Positions 56,636 through 64,000 of a stretch of DNA of 64,000 nt are shown in pieces (the first letter of the stretch is position 1; each line of letters begins with the position of its first letter). Origin of the DNA: Nemertoderma westbladi (Eukaryota; Animalia; Xenacoelomorpha); the NCBI GenBank assembly GCA_032718475.1, contig JAUCBJ010008093.1, positions 1-64,000 on the forward strand, written 5' to 3'. Made by a program: the position numbers and the translations under genes. A model generated the notes under the pieces. The model saw only the letters and a program-made list of their open reading frames with translations, was not told where the DNA came from and ran no database searches.

Positions 56636-59043
56636 TCAGGAAATATTAAAGGAATCGGTTTCTTTGCAATACGACACCGCATTACTCCCACTCACGTGGC
56701 AACCCTCCAGCAACTCTCGAGGTATCGGCAACCCCCGCGTACTAAAGTACCACTCCAAGTAACTCGCCTGCCAGTCTTTATACAGAGGATGATCCGTACC
56801 GTGGGTGGACACAAACATTCTACCGCACTCCTCCAGGAAGCCACCCGCCGCGCTCATATTACCGGCGTACAACTCCAACGTAGCAACACGGAACAACTGC
56901 ACGGATAACTGAGGGTAAACCTTCGGGTAATAATGTCTGTAACCAGACAGATTGCGCTTGGCGTACTCTAAAGCTTCGCTCCAATACTTTAAACCTACGC
57001 AAGCGTCAGTGGCTTTATCACAAATCTTTAAGTAAACTAGGCTGATCGGAGCGACAATTCCTTCGCAACTGTTAATAAACTCTTTCGTTATTTCGTAAAG
57101 ATTTCTTTCTGACTCAGAATTAGTTAGTTCTTTTAAGATTACTTCACCTTTCTCTAACAGAGATGCTCCTTTTTCTTTTTGCGCCGCTATCGCTCCCACA
57201 ATGCAATCGCATCCATCGCAAGTAATCGTTGTATCGTTAGGAATCATGGGTAACTTACACGTAGTGCAAGGACACACTACGTAGCTATCTCTTTCATCAA
57301 TTTGAGAACAAAGCGTGCAGCTACAACGGAATAAAAACTGTTTACTTAACCGTCTCTGGATCTCTTTACGACTCGAGAGAAGATCTACGTAGGATATCGA
57401 GATTTCGGCATTCATATCCAGGTCTTCAATGGCGCGCAGGTCGGCCTTCAATCCGTTGTAAACGACGGCGCAGTTGGGTTGACAGTCGTGGTTCACTAAA
57501 GACAATTCGGGGTAGACGCCGTAAGCAATATTCACTGCCATTTCGAGGTCTGTGATGGTGAAGGTGTTGCAGAGGACAGAACCCGCCAGTCGCTTTATCT
57601 CATTGTCCGAACGGTCCGTGGAAGCCATGGATTTTACTAACTCCAGTATCATCTGTAGATCCATAGAGGACAAGGGTTGGGAGCATAGACCGATGGGGGA
57701 GTTTGGGATAGCGGATTGGTTAGCGGTGGGTTGTTCCTTGGATGCATCGAGTTTCCGCAGAAGACGACTGACCAATCGGATGGTCTCGGGTGGTTGGCTG
57801 GGTTGATGGGTCGGTTGATAGAGGTGACGAAGAGCACGACACTCCCCACGGTGCTGGGAATGCCAATCTCGCGTTTGACACTCAGTACTGCAGTACCACG
57901 ACAATTTGCAACCCGTGCAGCGTTGCAGTTTATGAGATGTTGAACCTTGCCGCAAACAACAGTCGCATCGTTGGCCCTTGAACTTATTAAGGATGACGTA
58001 TGCGTATGGTTTGCTACTAAGCAACACGGTCCCCATAGATACATTATCTGTGGTACGAATACCACGTCCCCGTCCTGGGATAGAAAATACATTGCACAAA
58101 TGTGGATCCATACTGCTATTACCCCCTTTTGAAGATCCTGACCGACTTGTGCTCCTCAGCCACTTTGGATAAATCTTAGGAATAGTAGGAACAGTTACAT
58201 TTTCTGTTTTATTGTCCTTTGATCCCCCTCTACTTTTGCTTCTTTTACCCCTTTTCGAAGATCCTCCTCGACTGTTGCTTCTTTTACCCCTTTTCGAAGA
58301 TCCTCCTCTACTTTTGCTTCTTTTACCCCTTTTCGAAGATCCTCGTCGACTTCTGCTTCTTTTACCCCTTTTCGAAGTTCCTCCTCGAGTTTTGCTTCTT
58401 TTACCCCTTTTTGAAGATCCTCCTCGACTTTTGCTTCTTTTACCCCGTTTCGAAGATCCCGATCGACTTGTGATCTTCAACCAATTCTTTGGATAAATCT
58501 TAGGAATAGTAGGAACAGTTACATTTTCTGTTTTATTGTTCTTTGATCCCTCACGACTTTTGCTTCTTTTACCCCTTTTTGAGGATCCTCCCTTTTTGCT
58601 TCTTTTTACCTGTTTTGGAGATCCTCCTCGACATTGGCTTCTTTTACCTTTTTTCGGAGAGCCACCTTGACTTTTGCTTCTTTTACCCCTTTTTGAGGAT
58701 CCTCCCTTTTTGCTTCTTTTTACCTGTTTTGGAGATCCTCCTTGACATTGGCTTCTTCTACCCTTTTTCGCAGAGCCACCTTGACTTTTGCTTCTCTTAC
58801 CCTTTTTAGGAGAACCTCCTCGACTTTTATTTCTTTTACCTATTTTTGGAGATCCTCCTAGACTATTGCTTCTGTTATCCCTTTTCGGAGATTCACCTTG
58901 AGATTTGCTTCTTTTACCCTTTTTCGGAGATCCACCTTGGGTTTTGCTTCTTTTAACCTTTTTTGGAGATCCTCCTCGACTTTTGTTTCTTTTACCTATT
59001 TTTGGAGATCCACCTTCAGTTGCTTGTTGTAGATCAACATCAC
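56636..59043 (-). CDS. SMYD-family (SET + MYND) lysine methyltransferase exon 2, with N-terminal basic repeats; spliced product ~870 aa
   Basis: GRGRG SET-N, MYND CDCC..CTGC..YCSTECQTRDW..HRGEC, NHDCQPN, EISISY, post-SET CSCTLC and a TPR-like C-terminus. Acceptor TTACTTAG at 59044. Confidence 0.9.
58115..59020 (-). repeat. Coding ~30-bp tandem repeats GGS(P/S)K(K/R)GKRSKS(R/Q) with a duplicated KTENVTVPTIPKIYPK spacer
   Basis: More than 20 Lys/Arg/Ser/Gly-rich decapeptides, in frame with the SMYD domain. Confidence 0.9.
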
Positions 59044-59157
59044 CTAAGTAATAAGTTAAATAATAAATAAACAATAATTACGTCATCATATTATTCGTTT
59101 AATATTTTATTAATTGATGAGGTAATATTGATCTACTACTACATTCGTGACTCATAC

Positions 59158-59362
59158 CTTGTTGCCCTTGTATAGCAACACATCCTTGATTTAGTTGCCA
59201 CCCTTCGGGTGTTGGCATTGCGATTGGTCCTGATAATAGCCTCCAATCGTCGCCATCTTGCAAAAGTGGAAGGCCATTCCTTTGTCCTGTGGCTGGGCTC
59301 ATAACGCTTACAGACTCTCCAGCAACCGTTGTCCCTTTAGTTTTTGTTTGATTCTTAGACAT
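59158..59362 (-). CDS. Predicted SMYD exon 1 (68 codons + 1 nt)
   Basis: ATG at 59362; donor CAAG|GTATGA at 59157. The phase-1 join to 59043 gives ...QGQQ-G-DVDLQQ in frame across a 114-bp AT-rich intron. Confidence 0.7.
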
Positions 59363-59823
59363 CCTTGTTAGAATTTATATCATATGTATGTAAAATCATC
59401 TATAAAATCATCTGTCATTTATATGTAAAATATCATATAAATTATCTCTACTCTAATTAATGTCTGTCAAAACACATATTTTTTATTACATTAGTCAGAA
59501 AGATAAATTATAGCACCGATTCTTACATTACTACTGTAGCTACCGGTACCGGTACCTTAAAAACAACAACTATCATTAAAAAATGATAGCTAACATCTCC
59601 CAAAAGGTGAAACGTATGTTTTAGAACAAAAGACCTCATGAAAATAGCCAAAATGATCAAAATTTTGGGTACCGGTAACTGGTGTATTGTAGCCTAATGC
59701 CCCTATTTCATGCAGCCAGCTTGGTATGTTTATTTTTTATAGCTAGTTTTTTTTAGAAATTCTTCTAAGACATATTAAATATTTCTTAAAATTGAAAATT
59801 ATCCATGACCGGGTACTTCTTAT

Positions 59824-60578
59824 GGTACTAGTGTGTTATAGCTACACCCCCCTCAAAATTTTTATTACGAGCTAGTTTTTGCTATTTCTTTTTTTTGAAA
59901 TGTTCTAGAACATGAAATACATTTGAAAAAAAATAATAAAATGTTCTAGAACAAATATTTTTTGTTCTAGAACAAAAAATTAAAAAATCATACAAATTTT
60001 ATTTTTTGTTACACTAATGCCGCCACGCCAAACTCCACATTCTAAGGCGAAACATAGGTATCAAGAGGTCAACTTTCGCCCAACAGCTAGCAGAGTTTAG
60101 GTGGAAGATGTTACACAAAGAACATCCATTTTCTGATCTATTGCATTTGATTAGAAAATAATACCCGCTGCGCGACGTCTGCTAAATAATAAATATTACA
60201 CAGTATATGTATTCTAAGCATTAATCATTAATTTATCTATGTAACTAACTACCTGTATCATTAATTTCTGAATATAAGGACCTCAATAAAGTGAATTTTT
60301 AATTTTAATCAGCTATTAAAAAAATACTAGCTCTTTCTAGCTTTTCTAGTTCTGAATAGCTAACATGTTCTAGAACATTATTAAAAAAGAAAAATAGTAC
60401 ATTAATTTTTTAAATTTTTTTAAATATTGTTCTAGAACAAAAAATATTTGTTCTAGAACATTTTATTATTTTTTTTAAAATGTATTTCATGTTCTAGAAC
60501 ATTTCAAAAAAAAGAAATAGCAAAAACTAGCTAGTAATAAAAATTTTGAGGGGGGTGTAGCTATAACACACTAGTGCC
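59824..60578. mobile_element. Merlin-like MITE with ~150-bp TIRs and an 8-bp TSD
   Basis: TIR GG(T/C)ACTAGTGTGTTATAGCTACACCCCCCTC...; TSD CTTCTTAT at 59816-59823 and 60579-60586. Confidence 0.85.
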
Positions 60579-60654
60579 CTTCTTATCCCGGTAGTGTACA
60601 AATTTTGCAATTTTTATCAGGCAAGGTACGATGTCTGGCTTACTAGGTTTCCTC

Positions 60655-60725
60655 AGTGTGGTATCGGATTCGAACCTGGGACCTCGAGGTGTGAGCTGAA
60701 ACAACAACCTCTATGGCACAGGACT
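60655..60725 (-). mobile_element. tRNA-derived SINE head remnant
   Basis: B-box GGTTCGAATCC on the minus strand (plus strand GGATTCGAACC) with degenerate upstream tRNA-like sequence. Confidence 0.4.
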
Positions 60726-61944
60726 AATATGAATTTTAAAGCCAGCTAAAATGTGTTAACATAGGCCTACGCTGTGTTTTTAAGGTGTTTGGAGACAGAG
60801 ATGGTATTTACACCAACAAACTAGCTATGAGATCAACATTTATATCAACAGTATTTAGCATTTTAGTGATTCTCTGGAAACATTATTCTCTTTTATAAAA
60901 TCGACAGTAGGCCTAGGTATTCATATTCATGCACTACATATGTGCCACTTTGTGCGTAGAAATCGTTGTGGGGTAGGACTACCGGTACTAGTAGCATAGG
61001 CCCTTGTGTTTCTGTTTGTCTTCTGTGCTATTTGACCTTCTGACAGTAAGATGATGGTAGCTAGTAATTTTGATTTTGTGTTAGCTAGTACTTTATATTA
61101 TAGTTTTTGACTAATTTTTATCTGGTAAAAATTGATTTATTATATATTACCTCCCATAAATTTTACTAGCTATCATCATAATTTAATTGAAAATTTCAAA
61201 ATATTAAAGGATATTATTTTATTTATTTTATACTCGTTTTATAACAATCCCATTCTTTTTAAATACAAACCTGGCTTTTGTCTATAAAATTTTTAGAACA
61301 AAAAAACATTTTTTAGAACATTAATCTTTTCCAAATAAAATAGCTAACATGTTCTGGTACATTTCAAAAAAAGAAATTCACAAAAACTATCTAGTAGATA
61401 AAATTTGGTGAGGGGTGTACGCATACTGCACCAGTACCCAGTCGAATGGATGAAGATGATTGCGTCGAATTCCCCCCCCCCCCCCCTCCCCCTCCCCCTA
61501 TCTGGGTGTTTCTTATTATCATTTATTATTGGAGCTGTTCAAGGTGTCTTAACCTCAACTGATAGTTTATTTTATCGAAAATAACTTATCTCTCTGTTGT
61601 AGAGACAAGTTATGATAGTGCAATGCATACTTTTTAACATGGTAGTTTGCAAATTTTTGGAATTGCGAAATTCTTATGATGAAATTAATATCTCATATTC
61701 GTTAACAACACAACCTCTAGGACACAGGTATGTACTTGAGATATGGAGTAGGACCTGTTAATTTTAAAGCCAGCTGCCATTTTATTGTCTCTAATTTATA
61801 TTAATGTATTTTTTAAGGTGTGGGGAGGATTACTCCTATGTTTGCGCCAGTTATTTTCGGTAAAATAAACTTATCATTCGAGGTTAAGAGCCCTCTAGAA
61901 CAGAAGGGCATGAGGGGGGACATGTTAAAACGGGGAGATTAATT

Positions 61945-62101
61945 ATTACAGATGTTGAAGACCGACACCCGCTGGTAAAGTTCCAATAGAACCATATGGT
62001 TTGAATCCCGGTCCCAGCGATAATTTTTCAACAAGTCAATATCTCTCAATATGATTCTATTTGAATTTTACCAGCGGGTGTCGGCCTTAAACATCTTTAA
62101 T
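61945..62101. mobile_element. Short palindromic MITE
   Basis: AGATGTTGAAGACCGACACCCGCTGGTAAA is mirrored by TTTACCAGCGGGTGTCGGCCTTAAACATCT. Confidence 0.6.
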
Positions 62102-64000
62102 ACCCCTAGAACAGTTGTTATAATAAAACTGTATAGCAACAAGCACCACGAATATACAGCTATATGTTAACATGCTTTGTTAAAGAAATCCAATAAAAAT
62201 GTAGGCCTACCTACCTAAGGACAAATTATAAATGGTTATTTCCTAACTTTGTTGAATATTCTGGAATTGCTATTTTTCCAGTTGGTATGATAACTAATTA
62301 AATGGCGAATAATAATAATACAGTTATTACATCACCTCCTGTGCCGTAGGCCTATATTCAATCAATTCAACAACAACTTCCCTTAAACAAATGGCAACCG
62401 ACATAGACGAAGAGCGTGACAAAACCATAATGTCTTACGGCGATCTCATACTGTAGCTACTGTAGTATTATCCAGACACTGTTGTGTTTTTATAAGAAAA
62501 TATTTATGGAAATTAAAGTATTTTTCAAGTTAATGTGCTAGAATATAGCATTTTCTACGAAATTTTGGAGAAAAAAAATTTTTGGAGAAATTTAGGCTTA
62601 ACACTTTTGGAAAACTTAATATTTGGCAAAACGTCAACCTGTTAAACCATTAAATTGTCAAAAGTTGTCATACTTGCAAAAAGATGTCAAAAGATGTCAA
62701 GCCACACAATTATTATGTGGATTAAATCTTTTTTGCAATATTATGTGTGTTTTAACACTCTTTGACTTATTACAAATCCGGATTGTGGCTTAACTTTCTT
62801 GTATTTTTAAGGCATTTTTTCGTATTATTGGGCAATAGGATCTCATAAATTAGGTAGCTTACACTTTCCTCTATCGAATGATACCAAAAACTCAATTTCG
62901 ACAAAATGTGGGATAACACCCTATTATTGCATAACACCGTCCAGTTGGTCTAAATACCACCTCAGTTGCCTTACCTCATACAGGAATAAACACCGTAGAT
63001 TTTATATATTCACGATGATTTAAGTACAACTGACATGTTGTTATTTAAATTAGAAAGTGTACATGTAAATGTTAATTAATGTAAATATTAAGCCTAATAG
63101 GAAAGTGCTACAACATAAATATGCAAATGCCCATTGCTATGGTAACAATAAGGACTTCACTGGTGATCATAACGGTAAACTACTGTATGTATACTAACCA
63201 ACCGAGATATAAACACATGGACGCAGTTGAAGTATGCAGGCCTACAATATGACTTTTTCGAGATTTTTTGCAGATTTCCAATAGTTTTCAAGTGTCATGG
63301 CAACAGAGTCAGACCTACTTGGTCTTTACTTAATTGTCTGGAATTAACAATATTCAAGGTATTTGACCCTCAATGGATTTTATTTTACTTTCATGGTAAC
63401 AACTGCATTTCACATGACGAAACATTTCAGAAGGTCATAATTTTCTTGCTTCCATGGTTACGGGGAGGCTGCCAATTAGTTTCAATGGAGCCACTGCTAG
63501 AAAATGAAGAGTGTGACATGCACAATATATTTATAGTTTTTCATGATTTTGAACACGTATTGGGTAACGGTTTAAGAAATTCCTGATATTTACCGTAAAA
63601 GGACGTTTTATGAAGTAGTTGCCATGGCAACCGGGTTTTGAAAATACCACAATCGATTCTCTGATGGCGATTTAGTGGGGAGTAGGTAAGGGTTATTATT
63701 CTGTAGGAGTCTTGGAAAATTATGCTTTATAAATGACCCCCTGTAGCCATGGTAATTGGGACTCTTTCTTATTAATATGCGGATTTTTCGTGGAACCATT
63801 GATTTTGATATTCACATAACTTTTGCGCTTCGTAGTAGCAATTTTCTTGCTTTTGTAAATTTTTTGCATATTTGCCATTTTAATAGCATAACAGACTCAA
63901 CTAGTATGCAATATATTGTATACCCTATGGTAATACAGATCAGCTAGGGGTAAATGTGAAGTTAATTACCGCAGATTTATAATAATACTACAATATTTCC

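Larger units (their letters stand above)
59674..61438. mobile_element. Older Merlin-like MITE hosting a related younger copy
   Basis: Degenerate TIRs GGTAACTGGTGTATTGTAG / TACTGCACCAGTACC and shared TTCTAGAACA subterminal motifs. Confidence 0.45.

Noticed and set aside
63120-63790. Cluster of RFX/X-box-like (C/T)ATGG(C/T)AAC motifs as an enhancer (also 22840-23210)
   Set aside because: Such motif clusters are common inside invertebrate DNA-transposon remnants, and I could not define boundaries or a target gene.

Overview
AT-rich, transposon-dense eukaryotic DNA, probably from an invertebrate animal. Evidence: GT-AG introns, a class A GPCR, a SMYD methyltransferase and many TEs. About 60% is a nest of BEL/Pao LTR retroelements. 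Element 1 (+, ~692-13403) has an intact, oversized 2834-aa polyprotein. Element X (-, 23344-26617) is a gag-protease-only derivative. Element 2 (+, 26618-42518) is decayed and hit by four smaller insertions. Element 3 (-, 42519-~48711) is a sibling of element 2 inserted into it. There are three host genes, all on the minus strand: a two-exon aminergic-type GPCR with a ~900-aa tandem-repeat third intracellular loop, an intronless MFS/SLC18B1-like transporter, and a two-exon SMYD lysine methyltransferase fused to a long SPKK/protamine-like basic repeat. LINE fragments and Kolobok-, hAT-, MULE-, Merlin- and Helentron-like non-autonomous elements fill the rest. The most unusual signals point to 'complex' BEL/Pao elements. 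Element 1 carries a 20-nt hairpin motif (GGAAGGCTYGCGAGCCTACC) eight times, in all three reading frames and in the 3' region, with one compensatory variant. The elements also carry 3' accessory cassettes with splice signals, bracketed by duplicated PPT-like motifs, and in family 2/3 this cassette encodes a modular zinc-knuckle protein. All calls were made by eye; no database search was run.
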